A DNA stretch of 64,000 nucleotides from Enterococcus phage 9181: the sequence record MT939240.1; one strand, 5' to 3'. Position numbers and translations under genes: made by a program. Positions 18,271 to 27,000 of the stretch are shown here, piece after piece (position 1 is the first letter of the stretch; each line of letters opens with the position of its first letter). The notes under the pieces were generated by a model. It was not told where the DNA came from and ran no database searches. It saw only the letters and a program-made list of their open reading frames with translations.

Positions 18271-18801
18271 ATGGCAGTAAAGAAATCAGAGATTAAGAAC
18301 TTAGTACAAAACGAGTGGAACAAGAAAGTTAACGCACTTCGCAAAGACCGTAATGAGGCAACACACCGTCACGAAAGAGAACAACTAAAGCCATACGAAA
18401 CCTTATTCAAAGAGGTGTTTGAAGCTGAAAACAAATACACAGAAGCTCTTAATAAGGTTGCTGAGAAGTTAACCGAAGATGAGATTCGCATTTATGGATT
18501 CACTTATTTACGTTCTCCCCAATACGGCACAGACTTCGAACGCAACATGGAGAAGATAGTTCAAGACCTTTACAATGGAGCAATCAAAGGAACAGAAGCC
18601 GTTGCTCAACCGTACGAAGAAGAGATTAGCAAGATCAATGAAGCCTACCGAGGAGTTATGTCAAACGTGATCCAACTATCTCCTAAGAAAGGTTTAGACT
18701 ATATCATTAAGATGGGATTTGACGTTACTTCCATCACACCAACCACAGCAGAAGTTCCAATGGTGGTTGTCGATCCAGAAGCTCTTAAATTAGATAAATA
18801 G
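18271..18801 (+). CDS. Hypothetical protein (176 aa; start moved to ATG 18271)
   Basis: RBS GGAAGAGGG precedes ATG 18271. Confidence 0.5.
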   Translation: MAVKKSEIKNLVQNEWNKKVNALRKDRNEATHRHEREQLKPYETLFKEVFEAENKYTEALNKVAEKLTEDEIRIYGFTYLRSPQYGTDFERNMEKIVQDLYNGAIKGTEAVAQPYEEEISKINEAYRGVMSNVIQLSPKKGLDYIIKMGFDVTSITPTTAEVPMVVVDPEALKLDK

Positions 18802-18817
18802 TCAGGGGTATAACTTT

Positions 18818-18866
18818 GACACAAAGCCTTCTAATGCTTGACATTAGGGGCTTTTTGTGCTATAAT
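18818..18866 (+). promoter_or_regulatory. Terminator hairpin with embedded promoter carrying the conserved CTAATGCTTGACATTAG motif, followed by TATAAT
   Basis: Stem CTAATG/CATTAG around TTGA, flanked by GCC/GGC. T-run TTTTTGTGC follows. A -10 TATAAT follows. Confidence 0.5.
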
Positions 18867-18895
18867 TAGCAAGTAAACTATAGGAGGTAGAGAAC

Positions 18896-19243
18896 TTGAT
18901 TGAACAGTGGAGATACCTATATTACCAAGGGGTACTTTCAGATACATACGAAGTAAGTTCCTTTGGCAATATACGAAACGCCAAGAGCAAGAAGCTATTA
19001 AAACCACAGTACACCGGCTATGCCCACGTACGCATCAACCACAACGGACGAGTTCAAAACATACGACTTCATCGAGCAGTTGCTTCAACCTTTCTTCGAA
19101 AACTTGACACCGACAGCGTAGTAAACCACATTAACAATGATAAAACAGATAACCGTGTATGCAACTTAGAATGGATTTCCCAAGCCATGAACGTTCGCAA
19201 CTCACTAATGACTAGGGGGATTTTAAATGAAGAAGCCATCTAA
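18896..19243 (+). CDS. HNH endonuclease (115 aa, TTG start)
   Basis: AGGAGG RBS. Motifs YEVSSFGNIRN and HINNDKTDNRVCNLEW. Confidence 0.7.
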   Translation: MIEQWRYLYYQGVLSDTYEVSSFGNIRNAKSKKLLKPQYTGYAHVRINHNGRVQNIRLHRAVASTFLRKLDTDSVVNHINNDKTDNRVCNLEWISQAMNVRNSLMTRGILNEEAI

Positions 19244-20279
19244 GGGGCTAGCAGCCGTCACAGCACAAACAGGAGAGACTTATGAATACTCTCTCGAAGA
19301 TAAAATGGCACAAGTATTTACAGAGCAATTTGACAAGTTCTGTGAAAGAGGTATGGATACCGACGAAGAACTAACTAAATGGCTTTACATACAATACTTA
19401 GATGTACTGGGTATTAACCCACTTAAAGAAGTCCAAGACGAAATGGTATTCTTTAGAAGTTCCTCGACAGGATCGTGCCTACGTGAACAAACCATGAAAG
19501 TAATTGACTTTATGGAAGGTACTAAGAAGTCCGATCCAAGAGGTCACAAACAACCGCATCAAACAAGATGGACAGCCCTTGGTACAGCAGGCGGAGACGT
19601 GATGCAATTCTTTGTACTTCTTATGGAGAAACATTATGAGCGCCTTGTAGGAGAACCATTCGCATTCCGATTTGAACGTGATGAAGTAGGACATCCAATG
19701 TTTGAGCAATTCACCACAACTTACAAAGCATTTAAGAGTGGGAATATGCAGTGGGCTACAGGAGGTTCCGTAGATGGTATTATGGTATTCACTGACCCTG
19801 ATACAGGTAAAGAACATCGTGTAGGACTTGAGATTAAGTCTAAACAAACATCAGCAGCTAGAACTTCTTTATACTCAATGAAAGAGCCAGACAAGAAGCA
19901 CGTATGGCAAGTTAAGAACTACGCCATGTTACATGACTTGGAAAGCTACTTGATTGTCTACTTAAACTTCTCTCACAAGACATGGGAATACACCCCAGAA
20001 GACTACACTAAAACCCCAGACTTCCGAGTATTTGGTATTCACATTACAGAAGACGATAAAAAAGAGGTAACAGAACGTTTCTGGACAGCCGTTGAACACG
20101 CCCATGCAGGTACCTTCCCAGAGTTAGACCTTTCATCATGGACATTCAATGATTACAAAGTAGCTTGTGCCAAGAGTCTTACCTTAAAAGAGCTTGATCG
20201 CTTAGATAAGATTGCTGTTGGCAAGTTCCAAGAACAAGCATTGCAAGAGATTTATGACATCAGGGAGGCTTTCAGATAA
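19227..20279 (+). CDS. PD-(D/E)XK superfamily nuclease-like protein (350 aa). Candidate recombination exonuclease.
   Basis: D...ExK arrangement SVDGIMVF...GLEIKSK. RBS AGGGGGA. Confidence 0.45.
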   Translation: MKKPSKGLAAVTAQTGETYEYSLEDKMAQVFTEQFDKFCERGMDTDEELTKWLYIQYLDVLGINPLKEVQDEMVFFRSSSTGSCLREQTMKVIDFMEGTKKSDPRGHKQPHQTRWTALGTAGGDVMQFFVLLMEKHYERLVGEPFAFRFERDEVGHPMFEQFTTTYKAFKSGNMQWATGGSVDGIMVFTDPDTGKEHRVGLEIKSKQTSAARTSLYSMKEPDKKHVWQVKNYAMLHDLESYLIVYLNFSHKTWEYTPEDYTKTPDFRVFGIHITEDDKKEVTERFWTAVEHAHAGTFPELDLSSWTFNDYKVACAKSLTLKELDRLDKIAVGKFQEQALQEIYDIREAFR

Positions 20280-20608
20280 TGGAGAATAAATACTACAGAA
20301 CGCTAGTCATTCACGCCATCAAGAACGACTACGCAACCGAGTGGGAACTTTACTTAGACCTTGACCTAGAGGGTTACGACAGCCTTATGGTATATCTCAT
20401 GGATGCTGTTAACAACGCCCATGACGATGCTTATGAAAAGATTGTTGAACTGCCTGACATGACAGGCTGTGTTAAATACATTGATGCATCACTTATTACA
20501 GACTTTACACTTTCAGCAAACATTTCTAAAGAGGAAATGGAAGAAATGGTAGCAGACGCTTTAGGACTTGACGAATTTTATGACGACGAGGAGGAAGATT
20601 TATGGTAA
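20279..20608 (+). CDS. Acidic hypothetical protein (109 aa)
   Basis: Overlapping start. Acidic C-terminus. Confidence 0.5.
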   Translation: MENKYYRTLVIHAIKNDYATEWELYLDLDLEGYDSLMVYLMDAVNNAHDDAYEKIVELPDMTGCVKYIDASLITDFTLSANISKEEMEEMVADALGLDEFYDDEEEDLW

Positions 20609-21168
20609 GATATTTAGGACTTGATGTGAGCTCGGTTGCCACGGGTGTTGCGGTGGTGGACAGAGCCCCTGATGGCTCCCTTACCAAGGTAGTAACAGAC
20701 GTCATCACAACTTCCTCTAAGCAAGAGATTGGCAAGCGCCTAGTGCTCTTTGCAGAAACACTTCAAGGATTCTTCGATGAATATCAACCAGATTATGTGA
20801 TCCGTGAGGAAACCATTAACAACCGTGCTTCTAACGCCATCTTATTTAAGTTCTTAGGAGTGGCTCAATTCCTAGCATGCAACAATGGTCATCAAAAGAC
20901 TTACGAGTATTATCCTACAACTATCAAGAAGGAAGTCACAGGCGCTGGCAGAGCTTCTAAGGAGACTGTTGCCAAGTGTGCACAACAATACTTTAGAGAA
21001 GACTTATCGGAGCTCACAGACGACGAGACGGACGCTATTGCATCTATCTTAACACACCTTTCCAAAACATCCATCATAACAACTGTAGAAGATTATGACA
21101 ACCTACAGGAACACGACTCAGAACAACAACAACTTGTAGAGGGGTACGAGAATGGGACTATCCAATAG
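20602..21168 (+). CDS. RuvC-like Holliday junction resolvase (188 aa)
   Basis: N-terminal YLGLDVSSVATGVAVVD is typical of RuvC/YqgF folds. Confidence 0.65.
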   Translation: MVRYLGLDVSSVATGVAVVDRAPDGSLTKVVTDVITTSSKQEIGKRLVLFAETLQGFFDEYQPDYVIREETINNRASNAILFKFLGVAQFLACNNGHQKTYEYYPTTIKKEVTGAGRASKETVAKCAQQYFREDLSELTDDETDAIASILTHLSKTSIITTVEDYDNLQEHDSEQQQLVEGYENGTIQ

Positions 21169-21742
21169 CAAACAGATACGAATTGCAATTTCTGGAAAAA
21201 GCCGTTCAGGGAAAGATACTTTGGCTGATGCTATCAAGGCAGAATTTAAGCGTCAGGGAAAGACAGTTATCCCATTAGCTTTTGCAGATGGCATTAAAGA
21301 AATATATAAACAGAACTTCCGATATGTTAAAACCGACTGCAAACCTCGTGAAGCCTATATTACCATTGGAGAAGCCTTCCGTGCAGTAGATGAAAACGTG
21401 TGGGTTGAACGCCTTAAAGGACGTGTCGAAGAGAGCTACCAATGGGATGTAGTCATCGTGACAGACCTTCGCAGAAAGAACGAAGAGGAATACCTAAAGG
21501 ATGCTGGATTCACAACCATCTTAGTAGATTCCTCAGATGAGATTAGAATCGCCCGTGCCAAGGCTTTAGGAGAGCATTTAGAGGCTTCTAATGCAGGCGA
21601 TGATGAAGTAGATTTATTAACACCTGATATAACTATCCATAATGACAACGACGTTCGAGACTGGTCAGCACCTGCTCAAAGAATCGTAGAACAAATCAGA
21701 GAGGTGGCTACCATTAATGGATACCAACGAACAAAGAATTAA
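21152..21742 (+). CDS. Deoxynucleoside monophosphate kinase (T4 gp1-like P-loop kinase, 196 aa)
   Basis: P-loop ISGKSRSGKDTLAD resembles T4 dNMP kinase GVKRSGKDT. Confidence 0.6.
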   Translation: MGLSNSKQIRIAISGKSRSGKDTLADAIKAEFKRQGKTVIPLAFADGIKEIYKQNFRYVKTDCKPREAYITIGEAFRAVDENVWVERLKGRVEESYQWDVVIVTDLRRKNEEEYLKDAGFTTILVDSSDEIRIARAKALGEHLEASNAGDDEVDLLTPDITIHNDNDVRDWSAPAQRIVEQIREVATINGYQRTKN

Positions 21743-22448
21743 ACCAAGCAAGATTAAAGGAAATAGCCAGAACCGTGTATTAAAGGATGGAAGCGAGATT
21801 CGATATGACCTCCCCCTTTACCGCCAGATCACAGAGGCAGCTAATACACGACTTTTCTCAAAGGCTGTACAATACTTAATCGAAAGCAAACTTTATAAAG
21901 TCTTCCTACCACGGGAAGTACGAGAAGAGTTTGTAAATGACATAACCGAAATCTATTACCGCAAGTTTGGATACTTGTCAGTGATGGATGACGCCTTGAC
22001 CAATTCCTTAGCCGAATACTTCTTACATAACGACGTTAAAGTAATGCCTGACTACACCGTTAAACGACCTGATTGTAACTTCTTTGAATATCCTTTCGAG
22101 GGACATCGAATGAGACTTCGTAATCACATGTCTCCATACCGCTTCGAAGTTCCTGTGGATACAGACTTCAACGAAATGCTCTTCAACGAAAACCTATTTT
22201 CAGATTCAACCCCAGAAGACGACTTAACACGAGTCGATGAGACCCTTGACATTACACAAGCATTTGAATTAGCTGACTTAACAAAGTTAGAGCAAGACAT
22301 CGTATGGCTTAACTCAGTGGTTGGAATGAGCCTCAGAGATATTGCTGACCTAAGCGATGAGTTTCCTAGTAAATCAGCCCTTTCATATAAGCTTAAGGAA
22401 GCTAAAGACAAGCTCAGAAAAGCTGTTGAAAAACACCAACTAAAATAA
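21717..22448 (+). CDS. Phage sigma factor (sigma-70 family, region 4 HTH at C-terminus; 243 aa)
   Basis: The C-terminal LEQDIVWLNSVVGMSLRDIADL...LSYKLKEAKDKLRKA matches the sigma region 4.2 pattern. Confidence 0.5.
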   Translation: MDTNEQRIKPSKIKGNSQNRVLKDGSEIRYDLPLYRQITEAANTRLFSKAVQYLIESKLYKVFLPREVREEFVNDITEIYYRKFGYLSVMDDALTNSLAEYFLHNDVKVMPDYTVKRPDCNFFEYPFEGHRMRLRNHMSPYRFEVPVDTDFNEMLFNENLFSDSTPEDDLTRVDETLDITQAFELADLTKLEQDIVWLNSVVGMSLRDIADLSDEFPSKSALSYKLKEAKDKLRKAVEKHQLK

Positions 22449-22455
22449 TCTAAAA

Positions 22456-22490
22456 ATCCCTTGACAAGTTCAGGGGGTTTTTGCTATACT
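22456..22490 (+). promoter_or_regulatory. Terminator hairpin with embedded promoter (CCC-TTGACAAGTTCA-GGGGG, then T-run, then TATACT)
   Basis: Same architecture as the element at 14352. Confidence 0.45.
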
Positions 22491-22518
22491 TGTTTAAGTA
22501 GTCGAGAGGAGGAAAGAA

Positions 22519-22734
22519 ATGTACCTTGTATTTTATAAATACGGAGAAGATTTGAAACCCCACTTTTTAGGAGCTTACAACTCCTACACAGAAGCACGTA
22601 ATAGTGCAATAGTTTCCGCTTCTTTTAAAACAGATACTGCCACGTTTAAAATTATTTCAGTAGTGATTGACTTAGACTCTGAGGACAGTCCATGGAAAGA
22701 CAAGAAAGAACTTGTGTGGGAGGGGCGTGATTAA
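22519..22734 (+). CDS. Hypothetical protein (71 aa)
   Basis: RBS GAGGAGG. Confidence 0.5.
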   Translation: MYLVFYKYGEDLKPHFLGAYNSYTEARNSAIVSASFKTDTATFKIISVVIDLDSEDSPWKDKKELVWEGRD

Positions 22735-22961
22735 TGGGTATTCTTAAAGAGTTCATAGCTGCGTTCGTAGAAACATTCCTAGAAGCATTAATTGGTTGTG
22801 TATTCGCCATAGCAATAACCGCACTACTCATTGGATACTTCTGGCTTATGTTATCAGTAGCTAAAAGCTTTTCATGGTTCACTACAGTAATTGTGTGTTC
22901 ATTTTTAACAAGTGTTTTAGTAGCCATCCTCGGAGCACTAGTAGAAATATTTGGATATTAA
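22734..22961 (+). CDS. Small membrane protein (75 aa)
   Basis: Two hydrophobic helices. Overlapping start. Confidence 0.5.
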   Translation: MGILKEFIAAFVETFLEALIGCVFAIAITALLIGYFWLMLSVAKSFSWFTTVIVCSFLTSVLVAILGALVEIFGY

Positions 22962-22979
22962 AGCGGAAAGGATTTGATT

Positions 22980-23780
22980 ATGATTTTAACATTGGCAGGC
23001 GTAATCGGAGTTGGTAAATCTTCGATGACACAATTATTAGCGGACTTATTAGACACCGAGGCGGTGTATGAGCCCGTTGATAACAATCCATTTTTAAAGA
23101 AATTCTATGAGGACAAAAGTAAATACGGGTTCTTATTCCAGATAGACATGCTATCTAAAAGGTTTGAAATGATTCAGACAGCCATGAGCGTTAACAATGG
23201 CATCTTGGATCGTTCCGTGTACGAGGATAGCATCTTCTTAGATCAACTCTATCAAGAAGGTCAAGTAACAGACCTTGAACAAGAGGTTTACCACAACCTA
23301 TTAAACCGCATGCTGAAAGAATTGGAGCCACTTCCTAAGAAGTCTCCAGACTTAATGATTGTTCTTAACTGCACGTTTGATGAAGAAATTAGACGTATCA
23401 ATTCACGAGCTAGAGAGTTTGAAAAGGTGGAAGAAGGCACTGAGCTATATGAGTACTTCAAACTCCATCACGAGAACTATCAGAAGTGGATTGAGAAAGA
23501 CTTGAACTTCCCCAAAATAGTCTTGGACGTCACTAATAAAGATTTTGTAAATAACCCCAAACACCAACTAGAATTGTTGACAACTATCTTGGTAAAGCTT
23601 AACGAAGTAGGTGCATTGACAACTTTAGACACGGTACGTAAACTATGTGAGATCAATTCAGTACCTTGGGACAAAGACAATGCCCAAGCTTATGCCATGT
23701 ACTTGTACAACAAACACGAAGGCAAGATGCCTTTCCACGAGCTTAGCCAATTCACTGACAACACTTCATTATATGAATAA
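22980..23780 (+). CDS. Deoxynucleoside kinase (dCK/dGK family, 266 aa)
   Basis: P-loop LAGVIGVGKSS, YEPV motif, and the dNK signature FYEDKSKYGFLFQ. Confidence 0.7.
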   Translation: MILTLAGVIGVGKSSMTQLLADLLDTEAVYEPVDNNPFLKKFYEDKSKYGFLFQIDMLSKRFEMIQTAMSVNNGILDRSVYEDSIFLDQLYQEGQVTDLEQEVYHNLLNRMLKELEPLPKKSPDLMIVLNCTFDEEIRRINSRAREFEKVEEGTELYEYFKLHHENYQKWIEKDLNFPKIVLDVTNKDFVNNPKHQLELLTTILVKLNEVGALTTLDTVRKLCEINSVPWDKDNAQAYAMYLYNKHEGKMPFHELSQFTDNTSLYE

Positions 23781-23836
23781 GCGCCATTTAACAGCGCATA
23801 TGCAACATTAAAATTATTGGAAGAAGGTATTTAATT

Positions 23837-24568
23837 TTGGAAAACATTACTAAACTGTTCACTATCAACTACTACAAAAAAGGTCTATCAGGGTGGTCGA
23901 AATCCTCCTACACATTATTAACGATTGGCTTAATTATCCAAGCATTTATCGGATTCGCTTTACCACTTGTTCAAGGTCAGCCAATCACTCTCACAGGAGT
24001 TACCGCCACTATTGCAGGGATGATAGGGTTCACTTGTACACTTGCTATTACTAACGAGCGCTCCATTAATGGTATCCTAGGGTTTATCTCAGCACTTCTT
24101 TTAATTGGTGTTGCCACAACTACAGGAAACTATTCAGACATTATTATGCAAGGTGCATACATTATTCTATTAGACATTCCAATTATCTTCTCCAAGCGTT
24201 GGAACAATGGATTAGAACCACGTAAGATGAATGTTAAGAACATGTTCGGAACAGTCGCTTTAATGATCTTATTCTTCATCGGACTTTATCTACTTGATAC
24301 AGTTATCCTACACTCCCCACAAGCTTTACTAGATGCTTCAAGCGCTATGATCGGTTTAGTCGGAGCCGTCTTATGTGTTCGAGGATTCCGTGCTCAATAC
24401 TACTTCTGGACTTTTCAAGGTCTTATGTCAGTAGCGTTATGGATTCAAACAGCAATGAATGGTCACGCCGTTTGGGTTCTTATGGTAACTTACATGTTGT
24501 ACCTAGGAAACGACTTGGTTGCATTCTTAGACTCAGGTTGGTTCAAAAAGAATAAAGCAAAAGCTTAA
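23837..24568 (+). CDS. PnuC-family (Pnu) nucleoside/nicotinamide-riboside transporter (243 aa, TTG start)
   Basis: Seven to eight predicted TM helices. The C-terminal LYLGNDLVAFLDSGW resembles the PnuC conserved ND...W segment. Confidence 0.5.
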   Translation: MENITKLFTINYYKKGLSGWSKSSYTLLTIGLIIQAFIGFALPLVQGQPITLTGVTATIAGMIGFTCTLAITNERSINGILGFISALLLIGVATTTGNYSDIIMQGAYIILLDIPIIFSKRWNNGLEPRKMNVKNMFGTVALMILFFIGLYLLDTVILHSPQALLDASSAMIGLVGAVLCVRGFRAQYYFWTFQGLMSVALWIQTAMNGHAVWVLMVTYMLYLGNDLVAFLDSGWFKKNKAKA

Positions 24569-24574
24569 TAACAG

Positions 24575-24600
24575 AGGCTTGGGAATTATCCCAAGTCTTT
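24575..24600 (+). terminator. Rho-independent terminator
   Basis: CTTGGG-AATTAT-CCCAAG followed by TCTTTTT. Confidence 0.6.
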
Positions 24601-24612
24601 TTAAATTTGTGC

Positions 24613-24648
24613 TTGACAGTTTTACTGTGGGCGTGGTATATTATATAC
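24613..24648 (+). promoter_or_regulatory. Sigma-A promoter TTGACA-18-TGGTATATT
   Basis: TTGACA at 24613-24618. Confidence 0.5.
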
Positions 24649-24669
24649 ATCGAAAGGGGAAATGACCGA

Positions 24670-25059
24670 TTGAAAAAAGAACAAAAGAAATACTTTGTAG
24701 AGATTCCTGAATACTATGGAGAGGCTTCCTACGTTGACCAAGAAAAAGCGTTGCAAGACACACCAGAAAACCGTTTAGAGTTTCTTGCTAGCTCTTGGTT
24801 AGGTGGATATATTCAAGAAATGTTTGAAGAGTATGAATCCCTTGAAGAAATTTTAGAAGAATTGGATAGTGAGGTAGAAGACTTTGTGAGAGGCAAAACG
24901 GACATCCTTTCTGGCAGAGTTTATGGAGACCATGATGATCCTAATTATTGTACCATCAAAGTTATCTCTTATGAAGAGCAGCTAGACAATATCTGGAGAG
25001 ACTTCCACCATAAGCGTGAACAATTCTTTAAACTATTCCTTGAGGAGGACGCTTCATGA
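24670..25059 (+). CDS. Hypothetical acidic protein (129 aa, TTG start after AAGGGGA)
   Basis: The longer ORF from 24607 overlaps the promoter. An RBS lies 10 nt before TTG 24670. Confidence 0.4.
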   Translation: MKKEQKKYFVEIPEYYGEASYVDQEKALQDTPENRLEFLASSWLGGYIQEMFEEYESLEEILEELDSEVEDFVRGKTDILSGRVYGDHDDPNYCTIKVISYEEQLDNIWRDFHHKREQFFKLFLEEDAS

Positions 25060-25277
25060 TTAAAATTACTACAACAATCGCAGACGAACTTAGCAGCCTT
25101 ATGAACGACTTGGATGAGATTAGAATCGACCGTAAAGAAATTACTTCAACTAATGACAAATTGCGGAGACAGATTGAGGACAATGAGGAAGAATTGTTGA
25201 CCTTACGTTGTGAGGAGCAATACAAGATTGAGCGAGTAATTGAAATAGAGAAGGGGTTGGGTATTAAACATGGATAA
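25056..25277 (+). CDS. Hypothetical protein (73 aa)
   Basis: RBS GAGGAGG. Confidence 0.5.
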   Translation: MIKITTTIADELSSLMNDLDEIRIDRKEITSTNDKLRRQIEDNEEELLTLRCEEQYKIERVIEIEKGLGIKHG

Positions 25278-25446
25278 AGAATACTTTTTAGAAGAGTTGG
25301 TAGACGGCGTGTTTAAGCTTGTTGAAAGTAGCGATGACTTTGGATACATTCAAGATACTTTATCCACCTTAGTTAAAACTAGTGAAGACATTCCTCGCTA
25401 CCGTGTCGTAGAGGCATGGGTAGACAAGTCTAGTATTTGGTGGTAG
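25270..25446 (+). CDS. Small hypothetical protein (58 aa)
   Basis: RBS GAAGGGG. The ORF fills the gap. Confidence 0.35.
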   Translation: MDKEYFLEELVDGVFKLVESSDDFGYIQDTLSTLVKTSEDIPRYRVVEAWVDKSSIWW

Positions 25447-25457
25447 GAGGTAAATAA

Positions 25458-25661
25458 ATGAGCTTATTTCAAGAAGGCGATAATATTACTAGTCGTAACC
25501 ACAATGACAAAAGCTTCTCATATAAGATCATCGAAGTAGAGGTATCTAACAAGCCCCAACAAAGTATGTATTGGGTTGTCAACAATCGTTCGGGCGTTAA
25601 ACTAAGATGTGCCCAACACGTCATAGATGGTAACTATAAACTTGTCGAGGAGGACAATTAA
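25458..25661 (+). CDS. Hypothetical protein (67 aa)
   Basis: RBS TAGGAGG. Confidence 0.5.
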   Translation: MSLFQEGDNITSRNHNDKSFSYKIIEVEVSNKPQQSMYWVVNNRSGVKLRCAQHVIDGNYKLVEEDN

Positions 25662-26080
25662 TGAAGTGCAAAGAATATGTTGTAAGGGGTACTGCCGATG
25701 GCAAGGACTTCGAATTAGGCTTTACGGGCACCAGTGATGAAGCCCTAGACAAACGTATGATGGAAGAATATATCAACAACCGTTTCGCAGGGAAAGAACG
25801 GGAGTACAAAATGTTTGTTAAAGTAAGTAAGGTAGAGCCTCTTATCAAGCTTGGAGAGATTACACGCTTTTTAGATGAATATGACGATTTCCAAGTAACT
25901 TTAAACGGACAAGAAGTAGACCGCATTATGGACATTGAGGAATTGATAGAGGGTTATTCAAATTACTACTTAGGATATATTTCCTACGGCGCAGAAGACT
26001 ATGGGGATATCATTTTTATGTACATTGATCTATTTGATAAAGAACACAAGGAGGACTACATTCATGAAGTACAAATATAA
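25661..26080 (+). CDS. Hypothetical protein (139 aa)
   Basis: Overlapping start/stop. Confidence 0.5.
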   Translation: MKCKEYVVRGTADGKDFELGFTGTSDEALDKRMMEEYINNRFAGKEREYKMFVKVSKVEPLIKLGEITRFLDEYDDFQVTLNGQEVDRIMDIEELIEGYSNYYLGYISYGAEDYGDIIFMYIDLFDKEHKEDYIHEVQI

Positions 26081-26549
26081 CTTTAAAAAAGGTGATGTTG
26101 TAAAGTGCGTAGATGTTGGAGCTAATGACCTCATCGCAGGCGGTTTGTATAAGGTGTTGAGTGATAGGATAACTAGTCATCCAGAAGAGCTACTTCATGT
26201 TGAGTGTATTAAAACGGGATCGACAGAAGCAGCCTTTGTAAGACGCTTTGAACATATTAAAACAATGGACAATCATACAGAAACATTCCGTTTAGCTGAG
26301 CTAGAGTCTGTTGAAAGAGCTATTTTAATTGAGATTAGCCGATATGAAAAAGAAATAAAGGAAGGTTTATTGTATCAACATGACCTATTCTTGAAGTATG
26401 GTAGGGATGCAGGAGTTGACTGGATCAGTGTTGATGACGTTGTGAACGCCCAAAGCAATAAGATGATGCTTGACAAAAAGCTTAAAGAGGTGCAGGGAGA
26501 GATCCAATCATTACGCCACAATATACTATTGGATGTGATATCATGCTGA
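26064..26549 (+). CDS. Hypothetical protein with N-terminal KKGDVVKCV SH3/KOW-like motif (161 aa)
   Basis: RBS AAGGAGG precedes ATG 26064. Confidence 0.5.
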   Translation: MKYKYNFKKGDVVKCVDVGANDLIAGGLYKVLSDRITSHPEELLHVECIKTGSTEAAFVRRFEHIKTMDNHTETFRLAELESVERAILIEISRYEKEIKEGLLYQHDLFLKYGRDAGVDWISVDDVVNAQSNKMMLDKKLKEVQGEIQSLRHNILLDVISC

Positions 26550-26797
26550 TGCTAGCAACAGGTATTTTCATGGGCTTCTTCCCCTCAGCTATCTTCATCA
26601 TGTGGATGGTGGGGTCAGAAGATGCACGTTGGGATAAATATACAAAGGAATTGAAAGAAGAGAATCAGAATTTTAAGCAGAACTCTATTAATGTAGCTTC
26701 CAAGTACCACGAGTATAAGGAAAGATGCTCAAAATTAGAGATAGAATATGACGTTTTAAAAGTTAAATACGAAAGGCTTTTGAAGGAGGGCATTTAG
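26543..26797 (+). CDS. Hypothetical protein with N-terminal TM helix (84 aa)
   Basis: Overlapping start. Confidence 0.45.
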   Translation: MLMLATGIFMGFFPSAIFIMWMVGSEDARWDKYTKELKEENQNFKQNSINVASKYHEYKERCSKLEIEYDVLKVKYERLLKEGI

Positions 26798-27000
26798 TGA
26801 AAGATTTGATGTTATCACTTGTGTTTGGGTTATGGGCGCTGGTAATCGGGGCTGTCATTGCTTTAGTAGTTGTAGTATTTCAAGTCCTAGCTAATGCCTT
26901 TGGTGCTTGGCTATACGCTTTCCCAATCTTTTCCTTGGTGGTAGTAGTGATAGTGTTTTTCAAACTAAGACGTGAAGTAAAGGAGTTTCGAGGTAAATGA
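26797..27000 (+). CDS. Small membrane protein (67 aa, 2 TM)
   Basis: Hydrophobic. Confidence 0.45.
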   Translation: MKDLMLSLVFGLWALVIGAVIALVVVVFQVLANAFGAWLYAFPIFSLVVVVIVFFKLRREVKEFRGK

